From the NCBI GenBank assembly GCA_041613315.1, contig JBFJHJ010000037.1:1-28441 (forward strand): a stretch of DNA of 28,441 nucleotides, written 5' to 3'. The position numbers and the translations under genes were made by a program. Shown piece after piece: positions 7,422-15,970 of the stretch (the first letter of the stretch is position 1; each line of letters opens with the position of its first letter). Origin of the DNA: Gemmatimonadales bacterium (GTDB lineage Bacteria > Gemmatimonadota > Gemmatimonadetes > Gemmatimonadales > GWC2-71-9). The notes below the pieces were generated by a model. It saw nothing but the letters and a program-made list of their open reading frames with translations, did no database searches and was not told the DNA's origin.

Positions 7422-8654
7422 CTACTCGATCCGGATCTCCAGGCGCGCGTGCGCCTCGCGGAGCGCGGCCTCGACGCGGGCGGGGTGGGCGGCCCGCGCG
7501 AAGATGAAGCCCAGGTAGCGCGCGTCGTCCGGGAGGGGCACGAGGCGCTGGCCGTGATGCGCCGTGATCGCGATCCCGGTGACGCCCCCCACCTGGGCCG
7601 CCGCCCCGACGCCGGCCACATCCCGAAGCACACCCGCCTTGGGGATCGGGATCATCATCACGCCGGAGGCGCCCGGCTCGCGCATCGGGACCTCGCCCAG
7701 GCAACCGAGGGCGTGCGCCAGGACGATGTCCTCCAGCCCCCGCTCGCCGGCGGCGCCGAAGCGCAGCGCCCGGCCACACTTGCCGCCAATCGGCCGCGCG
7801 GCGAGCTCGATGAGCCACGCCCCCGCGTCGTTGTGTCTGAGCTCCACATGGACCGGTCCGCGGGTGAGCCCCAGCGCCTCGACCGCGGACCGTGCGCAGT
7901 GGAGCAGCGCCTCCTGGACGCGGACCGACGACCGGGACGGCGTCACGTAGATCGTCTCTTCGAAGAACGGCCCCTCGAGCGGGTCGGGCTTGTCGAACAG
8001 GGCGAGCATGTGAAGCCGGCCGTCCACGACGAGCCCCTCTAACGCGAACTCCGGACCCGGCACGTATCGCTCGACGAGATACCCGTCGGCATCGCGGCCA
8101 CTCGCCTCGACGTCCGGCGCCCGCAGGATCGCCGCCAGCCGCTCACGCGCAGCCGCGAATTGGGCCGCGTCGTTCGCGCGCATCACCCCCCGGCTCGCCG
8201 CGAGGCTCACGGGCTTGAGCACACAGGGGAACGGGACGTGCGGGGCGGCCGATGCCCGGGTCTCCGACAGCCGCCGATACTCGAAATCCGGGACCGGCAC
8301 GCCGGCGGCGCGGAGCACCGTCCGCTGGCGATGCTTGTCGCGGGCCGCCTCCACCGCCGGTAGCGGATTGTGCGGCAGGCCGAGCGCCCGGGCGACGGCG
8401 GCGGCGACCACCGCCGTGTCGTCATCCACCCCGACGACGGCGTCCACGGGCGTGGAGCGCGCGAACGCCTGGGCCGTCGCCGCCGCGCGGGCCGGGTCAC
8501 GCAAGTCCAGCGTCAGGAGTCCCGCGGGCTCGTGCGCGGCGAACGCGCTGTCCACCTCGGAGGCCACCGTCAGCTCGGCGTCGAGCCGCGCGGCCGCCTC
8601 GACGAACGCCTCGGTGCGGTACGTCGTGGTGGGGAGGAGGAGGAGGAGGCGGGG
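7422..8654 (-). CDS. ATP-grasp domain ligase (L-amino-acid ligase-like); start codon unresolved
   Basis: ARDKHRQR, FPCVLKPVSLAASRGVMRA, LVERYVPGPEFALEG, LFDKPDPLEGPFFEETIYVTPS, HVELR, IELAARPIGG, YLGFIFAR. The frame continues upstream of the tracked GTG (8567) through PRLLLLLPTTTYRTEAFVEAAARL and stays open to 8819 with no ATG/GTG/TTG. Confidence 0.85.
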   Translation of the reverse strand, partial: PRLLLLLPTTTYRTEAFVEAAARLDAELTVASEVDSAFAAHEPAGLLTLDLRDPARAAATAQAFARSTPVDAVVGVDDDTAVVAAAVARALGLPHNPLPAVEAARDKHRQRTVLRAAGVPVPDFEYRRLSETRASAAPHVPFPCVLKPVSLAASRGVMRANDAAQFAAARERLAAILRAPDVEASGRDADGYLVERYVPGPEFALEGLVVDGRLHMLALFDKPDPLEGPFFEETIYVTPSRSSVRVQEALLHCARSAVEALGLTRGPVHVELRHNDAGAWLIELAARPIGGKCGRALRFGAAGERGLEDIVLAHALGCLGEVPMREPGASGVMMIPIPKAGVLRDVAGVGAAAQVGGVTGIAITAHHGQRLVPLPDDARYLGFIFARAAHPARVEAALREAHARLEIRIE

Positions 8655-8700
8655 GCGCCGGGCGGGCGGCTGGCCGGCGGTGGCCGCGGCCGGAGCGCCC

Positions 8701-9315
8701 TTACTTGGTGCCCGACGCGAAATACGGATTGGCGCCCGCCGCGTGGTCGGTGATGTCCCGGATACCCTTGACGCTCGGGATGGCCCGCCGCAGTGACGCC
8801 TCGATGCCCTGCCGCAGCGTCACGTTGGCCATGCCGCACCCCTGGCAGCCACCCATCATGCGGAGCACGACGAACCCGTCCTGGACGTCGAGCAGCTCGA
8901 CTTTCCCGCCGTGCTGGGCCACGGAAGGATTGATCTGCGAGTCAAAGATGTCCGACACGCGATCGAACATCGCGTCGTCGGACGACGGGCTCACGGCGGC
9001 CGCGGGGCTCGATGCCGACGGTCCCGGCGTGCTCGCGACGACCGCGGTTTCGACCGCGTAGTGCACCAGGGGCTCGAGCGCGCTCCAGGGCCGCGCACCG
9101 TCCTGGACGACCGTGAGGACGTTGCCCGACGCCACGACCTCACAGACGCCGGGCACCGCGAGGACGGCCTGGGCGACCGGCGCGTCGGCCGCGTCGTCAG
9201 CCGAGGCATAGGTGCGCGCGCCCGGCGCGTGAACCGGCCGGTTCAGCAGGAACTTGCACCGCCGGGCGTCCAGGGGCTCGGCGGTGATCCGGATCGGGGT
9301 GGCGGCCTGCGTCAT
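8701..9315 (-). CDS. Nfu/NifU-family Fe-S cluster carrier (Nfu N-terminal scaffold domain plus NifU C-terminal CxxC domain)
   Basis: INPSVAQHGGKVELLDV, GGCQGCGMANVTLRQGIE, DITDHAAGANPYF (NfuA-like C-terminus). N-terminal part resembles the Nfu_N domain (CKF, PVAQAVLAVPGV..V). Confidence 0.9.
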   Translation of the reverse strand: MTQAATPIRITAEPLDARRCKFLLNRPVHAPGARTYASADDAADAPVAQAVLAVPGVCEVVASGNVLTVVQDGARPWSALEPLVHYAVETAVVASTPGPSASSPAAAVSPSSDDAMFDRVSDIFDSQINPSVAQHGGKVELLDVQDGFVVLRMMGGCQGCGMANVTLRQGIEASLRRAIPSVKGIRDITDHAAGANPYFASGTK

Positions 9316-9355
9316 CGTATATGAATGAATAGCGCAATCACCCGGCGACCGGAAC

Positions 9356-12300
9356 TCACCCCGCCGCCCGTCGGGCCCGGGGCTCCCGTAGGATCACCGC
9401 CGGCACGTTCCGCTCGGCGACGAAGGCGTTGAACGCCGGAATGTCGTTCTCCATGACCGCCTCCAGGCGGTCCAGGTGCGTCTGAAGCGCGGCCGATAGC
9501 TGTTCGAAGACGGTGGCCGCTTGGTCCGTGGGGCGCGCGTCCGACCCGTCGAGGAAGCTGGCCAGGGCGCCGAGCTTGTTGTTCAGCTTGATCGGGAAGT
9601 TGAGCGGATCCTGGCCGCTCCGGTTCCGCACCTGATAGATCTCCCCCTCAACGTCGCTCAGGCGTGTCGTGAGGCCGCGCGCGGCCTTCGTGATGGTGTC
9701 GGCGTCGGCATGGCCCGCCACGCGCTTGATCACGTCGTCGAGCTGCGACTTGATGTCGCGGATGCGGATCACGGCCTCGTTCGCCTCCGACACGCGGTCC
9801 CGAATCCTGGTGAGGAGGTCGAACTGCGCCTGCAAATCGGCCTGCGTCGCCGCCGAGCGCGGGTCCTTGAGGTACTGGACCGTCCGCGTCTCGGACCAGT
9901 CGCCGACACGGAGCCGCACCTGGTACGTGCCGGGCACGGCCATCGGTCCGGAGGACCGCGCGCCCCACATGATCATCCCGGGGAACCGCTTGAAGCCGGG
10001 ATGCCGCATATTGAACGCGAACTGGTTCATCCCCTGCTCCGCCGGCACGGTCTCCGCCTGCCCGCCGCCGAAGAACCCACCGCCGCCGCCCTCGGCCTCT
10101 TCCTCACGCCCCTTGTTGGAGAACGACCGGATCACGCCGCCGGCCGCATCGAGGAACTCGAGGGTAACCTCCTCCTTCGGGGCGTTCTTGAACGCGTAAC
10201 GTACGACGATGCCGTCGGGCGGATTCCGGGCGAATCCGGTGCGGTCGACGCCGCTCCCCGACGCCGCCAGGCGGTAGGCGTCGCGCGGCTGGAACAGGTG
10301 GGTTGCCGAGGCGGCGACCTGATCGGTCAGCTGGTGCAGGGGCGTCAGGTCGTCCAGTACCCAGAACCCGCGTCCGTGCGTCGCGGCGATCAGGTCCGTC
10401 CGGTGGACGATGAGGTCGTGGATCGGGGTCACTGGCAGGTTGAGCCGTAGCGACTGCCACCGTGCGCCGTCGTCGAACGACACATAGACGCCGAATTCCC
10501 CGCCTGCGTACAGCAGCCCCCGGCGATCCGGGTCGGCCCGGACGACACGGACGAAATGGGTCGCCGGAATCCCGGCCGTGATCTTCCGCCAACTCCGCCC
10601 GAAGTCGGTCGTCTTGTAGAGGTAGGGCGCGAAGTCGTCGAGCTTGTAGCGTGTGGCGGCGACATATGCCGTGCCGGGATCGTACGGCGACGCGTCGATG
10701 ATGGAGATCAGCGCCCACTCGGGCAGGTCCCGGGGCGTGACGTTCTGCCACGAGGCGCCGCCGTCCCGGGTGATGTGCACCAACCCGTCGTCGGACCCCG
10801 CCCAGAACACGTTCGCGTCGCGCGGCGACGGCGCCAGGGCGAAGATCGTGCCGTAGTACTCCACGCTGGTGTTGTCTTTGGTGATCGGCCCACCCGAGGG
10901 GCCCTGCTTGCTCTTGTCGTTCCGGGTCAGGTCGGGGCTGATCGTCTCCCAGGTCTGCCCTTCGTTGGTCGAGCGGTGGACATACTGGGACGTGACGTAG
11001 AGGATATTCGGGTCGTGCGGGGACAGCACGATGGGATAGGTCCACTGGAAGCGATGCTTGAGACTGTCCGCGCCCCACCCCATCGGGTTCTCCGGCCACA
11101 CCATGATGCTCCGCTCTTGGCCCGTCGCGAGGTCGTAGCGGTCGAGCTGGCCGCCGTAGCAGCCGGCGTAGCTCACGTTGGGGCGGTCCGGCCGCACGGC
11201 CACGTACCCACTCTCGCAGCCTCCAAGGCGGTAGTAGTCGCTCCACGTGATGCCGCCGCCGTCGGTCCGGAACGGTACGCAGATCGTGGAGTTGTCCTGC
11301 TGGCCGCCGCACACGCGGTAATGGAAATCGCTCGTCGCGAAGGCGTGGTACATCTGCGCGGTGGGCTGATTCTGCTGATCGGTCCAGGTCGCGCCGCCGT
11401 TGTAGCTCACGTTCGCGCCGCCGTCGTTTCCGTTGATCATGCGGCGCGCATCGTTTCGGGCGATCCAGAGGGCGTGGTTGTCGCCGTGCGGCACGCGGAT
11501 GGTCGTATAGGTCTTGCCGCCGTCCACCGACTTGTAGAAGCCGGTGTTGAGCACGTACACCGTCTCATCGTCTTCCGGATCCGCGTAGATATGCGTGTAA
11601 TACCACGCGCGCTGGCGCAGCCGGCGGTCGCTGTTGACGCGTGCCCACGTGCGTCCGCCGTTATCCGAGCGGAACACGCCGCCCTCCTCCGCCTCGACGA
11701 TCGCCCACACCCGGTCGGGGTCGGCCGGCGACACGGTGACACCGATCTTGCCGATCGTGCCCGCCGGGAGCCCCTGGTTGCGCGTGATCTCGGTCCAGGT
11801 ATCGCCGGCGTCCGTGGACTTGAACAGGCCGCTCCCGGGGCCGCCGCTCTCGAGCGCCCACGGGGACCGCCGCACCTGCCAGAGGGCGGCGTACATGATC
11901 CGCGGGTTGGTCGGGTCCACGGCGAGGTCGATCGCTCCCGCCTGGGCGTCGCGCGACAGCACGTTCTGCCAGCTCGCACCGCCGTCTCGCGAGCGGAAGA
12001 CGCCCCGCTCGTCATTCGGCCCGAAGATGTGTCCCAGCGCCGCCGCGTAGACGAGATCGGGGTTCCGCGGGTCGACGTGCAGGTGGGCGATCTGCCCCGC
12101 ACCCTGGAGCCCGGCCCGGCGCCACGTGCGGCCCGCGTCGGTAGACTTCCACATGCCGTTGCCGGGGGAGACGTTCCCTCGCGGCGGTGACTCGCCGGTC
12201 CCCACGTAGACGACGTTGGGGTCGGAGGGCGCCACGGCGATCGCGCCGATGGAGCCGGCCATGACCGTACTGTCCGAGACGGGCTCCCAGCTCATCCCCC

Positions 12301-12550
12301 CGTCCACGGTCTTCCACACCCCACCGCCGGTGGCACCGAGGTAGTACACGTACGGCTGGCTCACGATGCCCGCGACCGCGGTCACCCGGCCGCCGCGATA
12401 GGGGCCGATCTCTCGCCACGTGAGGGCGCGATACAGGGTGGTGTCGTACTGCGGGCGCGCCTGCGCCTGCGCGCCGGACGGCGCGCCGGAGGCGGCGACG
12501 CACGCGAGCACGGTGGCGGTTCCGGCGGCGAAGAGAGCACGTGGCAGCAT
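9356..12550 (-). CDS. Secreted VPS10/BNR Asp-box beta-propeller protein ('glycosyl hydrolase'-like), paralog 1
   Basis: Signal peptide, WREIGPYRGGRV, many (S/T)xDxGxTW Asp boxes, HGDNHALWI, ISPDLTRND, ATHGRGFWVLDD, helical C-terminus. GGAG SD. Confidence 0.9.
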   Translation of the reverse strand: MLPRALFAAGTATVLACVAASGAPSGAQAQARPQYDTTLYRALTWREIGPYRGGRVTAVAGIVSQPYVYYLGATGGGVWKTVDGGMSWEPVSDSTVMAGSIGAIAVAPSDPNVVYVGTGESPPRGNVSPGNGMWKSTDAGRTWRRAGLQGAGQIAHLHVDPRNPDLVYAAALGHIFGPNDERGVFRSRDGGASWQNVLSRDAQAGAIDLAVDPTNPRIMYAALWQVRRSPWALESGGPGSGLFKSTDAGDTWTEITRNQGLPAGTIGKIGVTVSPADPDRVWAIVEAEEGGVFRSDNGGRTWARVNSDRRLRQRAWYYTHIYADPEDDETVYVLNTGFYKSVDGGKTYTTIRVPHGDNHALWIARNDARRMINGNDGGANVSYNGGATWTDQQNQPTAQMYHAFATSDFHYRVCGGQQDNSTICVPFRTDGGGITWSDYYRLGGCESGYVAVRPDRPNVSYAGCYGGQLDRYDLATGQERSIMVWPENPMGWGADSLKHRFQWTYPIVLSPHDPNILYVTSQYVHRSTNEGQTWETISPDLTRNDKSKQGPSGGPITKDNTSVEYYGTIFALAPSPRDANVFWAGSDDGLVHITRDGGASWQNVTPRDLPEWALISIIDASPYDPGTAYVAATRYKLDDFAPYLYKTTDFGRSWRKITAGIPATHFVRVVRADPDRRGLLYAGGEFGVYVSFDDGARWQSLRLNLPVTPIHDLIVHRTDLIAATHGRGFWVLDDLTPLHQLTDQVAASATHLFQPRDAYRLAASGSGVDRTGFARNPPDGIVVRYAFKNAPKEEVTLEFLDAAGGVIRSFSNKGREEEAEGGGGGFFGGGQAETVPAEQGMNQFAFNMRHPGFKRFPGMIMWGARSSGPMAVPGTYQVRLRVGDWSETRTVQYLKDPRSAATQADLQAQFDLLTRIRDRVSEANEAVIRIRDIKSQLDDVIKRVAGHADADTITKAARGLTTRLSDVEGEIYQVRNRSGQDPLNFPIKLNNKLGALASFLDGSDARPTDQAATVFEQLSAALQTHLDRLEAVMENDIPAFNAFVAERNVPAVILREPRARRAAG

Positions 12551-12711
12551 GAGCGTGGACTCCGTGATCTGGCGTGAGTGCGGGATGGGGATGTTACCGC
12601 GAGTTCCGTAAGATCGCCAGTTGCGCCAGCCGCCTCCTTGCGCGGCTTCGCCATCGCATTTGGTTATAGGCCGCGCCCACCCTTGGCCCGTACTCGCCCG
12701 GAGGACCGTTC

Positions 12712-15700
12712 ATGACGCTCCACCGCCTGCTCGCCCGCGTCACCTGCGCGCTCGCCGTCCTCGGCCTCGCTGCCGTCCCCGCCAGCGGACAGATCGACGC
12801 CGCCCGATTGGCTGGCATGAGCGCCCGCAGCATCGGCCCCTCGGGGATGAGCGGCCGGATCGGCGCCATCGACGCCGTGGACGCGAACCCGAACATCATC
12901 TACGTCGGCGCCGCCACCGGCGGGCTGTGGAAGTCCAGCTCCGGCGGTGTCACCTGGACGCCGCTCCTCGATTCTCTGCCGGCCAGCTCCATCGGCGCCG
13001 TCGCGATCTTCCAGGCCAGTCCTGACATCGTGTGGGTCGGCACGGGCGAGCGCAATCGCCGCAACAGCGCGGGCGTCGGCACGGGCGTCTACAAGTCGCA
13101 GGACGGCGGGGTCACCTGGTCGCGAGTGGGATTGGAGAACACCGGCGCGATCGACGCCATCGTCCTCCACCCGAGCGACCCCGCCGTGGCGTACGTCGGC
13201 GCGCTCGGTAACACCTGGGCCGACACGCCGGACCGTGGTGTCTATAAGACGACCGACGGCGGCAAGACCTGGCGCAAGATCCTGTACGTGAACGAGCGCA
13301 CGGGCGCCGGCGACCTGGTGATGGATCCCGCGAATCCCCGTCACCTGATCGCGGCCATGTGGGAGCACCGCCGCTGGCCCTGGTTCTTCCGATCCGGCGG
13401 TGCCGGCAGCGGGCTCCACGTGACCTGGGACGGCGGCGAGTCGTGGCAGCGGCTCTCGGCCGAGGACGGACTTCCCAAGGGAGAGCTGGGCCGCATCGGC
13501 CTCGAGTTCGCGCGGGGCGCTCCCCAGGTCGTTTATGCCATCGTCGAGGCGGAGCGGAGCGTGCTGCTCCGGTCCGACGACGGCGGCCGCCGCTGGCGCA
13601 CCGTGAACCGCGAGCGCGGGATCGCCCAGCGCCCCTTCTATTACGCCCAACTGCGGGTGGACCCGACGAACGAGAACCGCGTCTACAACATCCACGGCAC
13701 GATCGACCTGAGTGAGGACGGCGGCAAGACGTTCCGCACGCTCCTCCCCTTCGCGCGGGTGCACGTGGACCATCACGCCTTCTGGATCAGCCCCGACGGC
13801 AACACGATCGTCGACGGCAACGACGGCGGCGTGTATCTGTCGCGGGACCGCGGGGGGAGCTGGCAGTTCGTCGAGAACTTGCCGCTCGCCCAGTTCTATC
13901 ACATGAACGTGGATATGGCGACGCCGTTCAACGTGTACGGCGGACTGCAGGACAACGGCTCGTGGCAAGGGCCGAGCGTCACATGGCACAACGGCGGGAT
14001 CCGGTTCTACGACTGGCAGGAGGTCGGGTTCGGCGACGGGTTCGCCACGCTCTCCGACCCGGCGACGCCGCGCTATGGCTACGCGATGTCCCAGGGCGGC
14101 GCTCTGATGCGCTTCGACAAAGAGACCGGGGAGCGCAAGGCAATCCGGCCGGCCCATCCCGAAGGGGTGCATTTGCGGTTCAACTGGAACGCCGGCATCG
14201 CGCTGGATCCATTCGACGGTGCGATCTACTACGGGAGCCAGTTCGTGCACCGGAGCACGGATCAGGGCGCCTCCTGGACCATCATGAGCCCCGATCTCAC
14301 GACCAACGATCCCGACAAACAGCGGCAGCGGGAGACCGGCGGGCTCACCATTGACAACTCAACCGCCGAAAACCACACCACGATCCTGACGATCGCGCCC
14401 AGCCCGGTGGAGCGCGGCGTGCTCTGGGTCGGCACCGACGACGGGAACGTTCAACTCACCCGCGACGGCGGGCGCACCTGGACCAACGTGGGCGGTCGGA
14501 TCCGTGGGGTGCCGCCTACCACGTGGGTACCGCACATCGAGCCGTCCCGCTTCGACGGCGGCACCGCGTTCGTCGTGTTCGACGACCACCGCCGCGGCAA
14601 CAACACCCCCTACGTGTTTCGCACCACGGATCACGGCCGCTCCTGGACAAGCCTCGTGACACCCGACATCGAGCCCTTCAACTTCGTCCACGTGATCGAG
14701 CAGGATCCTGTGGCGCGGGACCTCCTCTACCTCGGGACGGAGTATGGGATGTACGTGTCGCTGAACGGCGGGCGGAACTGGCACCTCTGGCGGCACGGCC
14801 TGCCCCGCGCGCCGGTCCGGGCGCTGGTCGTGCACCCGCGAGACCACGATCTCGTGATCGGGACGCACGGTCGCTCGGCGTATATCGTGGACGACGTGCG
14901 GCCGCTCCGGGCACTCGCCCGCGACGCCTCGCTCCTGGAGCGCCCCGTCCACCTGTTCGAGATCCCGGACGCGATCCAGTACAACGTGGCACAGGTGGGA
15001 GGGATGCGGTTCACGGCGGACGCCATGTTCAAGGGCGAGAACCGGCCGTACGGCGCGCTGCTCACGTATGCCGTGCGGGACGGCAGCGACAGCACGAAGG
15101 CCACGATCCGGGTGCTGCGGGGCGACTCGGTGATCCGGTCGTTCGAGGGACCCGCCAAGGCCGGCGTCAACCGCACTGCCTGGAATCTGCGACGCGACGG
15201 GTTCAAGCGCCTGCAGGACGATGACGAGGAGCCGGAGTTCCTGCCGCCCGGCCCCGCGGCCCTGCCGGGCACCTACACCATACGCGTGGTCGTGCGCGGC
15301 GATTCCGGGTCCGCCACGGTGACGGTGGCGGCCGACTCGCGGTTTGCCATCAGCGCCGCTGACCGGCAGGCCAAGCTCGACGCGCTGATGCGGATCGGCG
15401 GCCGCCAGGAGGTTGCCGTCGAGGCGGTCGAGCGACTGCGCGCCGCCGGCCGGGGCGTGGACGCCGCGCTCACCCATCTCAAGGACCGGGACGCCGATAC
15501 GGCCATGGCGCTCCGGGAGGCGGGCGACTCGCTCAAGAAGACCGTGGCGCGGGCGGAAGAGGCGTTCACCGGCCCACGAGAGATCCAAGGCTTCACGAGT
15601 GACCCCAACGCCGTGCTCACCACGATCGGCCGCGCCTACGGCCAACTGTCGTCGTCGTGGGAGGCCCCGACCGAGACGCACCTGATCTTCCTCCGCCAGG

Positions 15701-15843
15701 CGGAAGCCCGTCTCGAGGAGGGGATCCGGGAGGTGAACGCCGTGTTGAGCGGTCCCGTCGCCGCCTTCCGGCGCCAAGTGGAGGCCGCGGGACTGGAGCT
15801 CTTTCCAGCCATCGAGCCGCTGACGATGGACTGGAAGCGATAG
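12712..15843 (+). CDS. Secreted VPS10/BNR Asp-box beta-propeller protein, paralog 2
   Basis: Signal peptide (...PASG-Q), RSIGPSGMSGRI, Asp boxes, [31 protein letters not shown]. Confidence 0.9.
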   Translation: MTLHRLLARVTCALAVLGLAAVPASGQIDAARLAGMSARSIGPSGMSGRIGAIDAVDANPNIIYVGAATGGLWKSSSGGVTWTPLLDSLPASSIGAVAIFQASPDIVWVGTGERNRRNSAGVGTGVYKSQDGGVTWSRVGLENTGAIDAIVLHPSDPAVAYVGALGNTWADTPDRGVYKTTDGGKTWRKILYVNERTGAGDLVMDPANPRHLIAAMWEHRRWPWFFRSGGAGSGLHVTWDGGESWQRLSAEDGLPKGELGRIGLEFARGAPQVVYAIVEAERSVLLRSDDGGRRWRTVNRERGIAQRPFYYAQLRVDPTNENRVYNIHGTIDLSEDGGKTFRTLLPFARVHVDHHAFWISPDGNTIVDGNDGGVYLSRDRGGSWQFVENLPLAQFYHMNVDMATPFNVYGGLQDNGSWQGPSVTWHNGGIRFYDWQEVGFGDGFATLSDPATPRYGYAMSQGGALMRFDKETGERKAIRPAHPEGVHLRFNWNAGIALDPFDGAIYYGSQFVHRSTDQGASWTIMSPDLTTNDPDKQRQRETGGLTIDNSTAENHTTILTIAPSPVERGVLWVGTDDGNVQLTRDGGRTWTNVGGRIRGVPPTTWVPHIEPSRFDGGTAFVVFDDHRRGNNTPYVFRTTDHGRSWTSLVTPDIEPFNFVHVIEQDPVARDLLYLGTEYGMYVSLNGGRNWHLWRHGLPRAPVRALVVHPRDHDLVIGTHGRSAYIVDDVRPLRALARDASLLERPVHLFEIPDAIQYNVAQVGGMRFTADAMFKGENRPYGALLTYAVRDGSDSTKATIRVLRGDSVIRSFEGPAKAGVNRTAWNLRRDGFKRLQDDDEEPEFLPPGPAALPGTYTIRVVVRGDSGSATVTVAADSRFAISAADRQAKLDALMRIGGRQEVAVEAVERLRAAGRGVDAALTHLKDRDADTAMALREAGDSLKKTVARAEEAFTGPREIQGFTSDPNAVLTTIGRAYGQLSSSWEAPTETHLIFLRQAEARLEEGIREVNAVLSGPVAAFRRQVEAAGLELFPAIEPLTMDWKR
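14386..14597 (+). repeat. Copy 1 of a 212-nt near-identical tract shared by VPS10 paralogs 2 and 3
   Basis: Manual alignment to 17633-17844 gives 6 mismatches and no gaps. Confidence 0.85.
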
Positions 15844-15970
15844 AGTGACCACTCGCAGGAGCGGCAGTGGCGGCACCGAAACGTGCGCGGCGCTCACCGA
15901 TCTCGCCCGCCGCTGCTGCCACGGGCACGTTCTGTCTCACGATTGACCAACGATCGACCGGAGTGATGCC

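Noticed and set aside
8634..8648. (GAG)5 repeat as an SD array or phase-variable tract
   Set aside because: It encodes Leu5 of the ATP-grasp first beta strand on the minus strand. Triplet unit changes would not shift frame.
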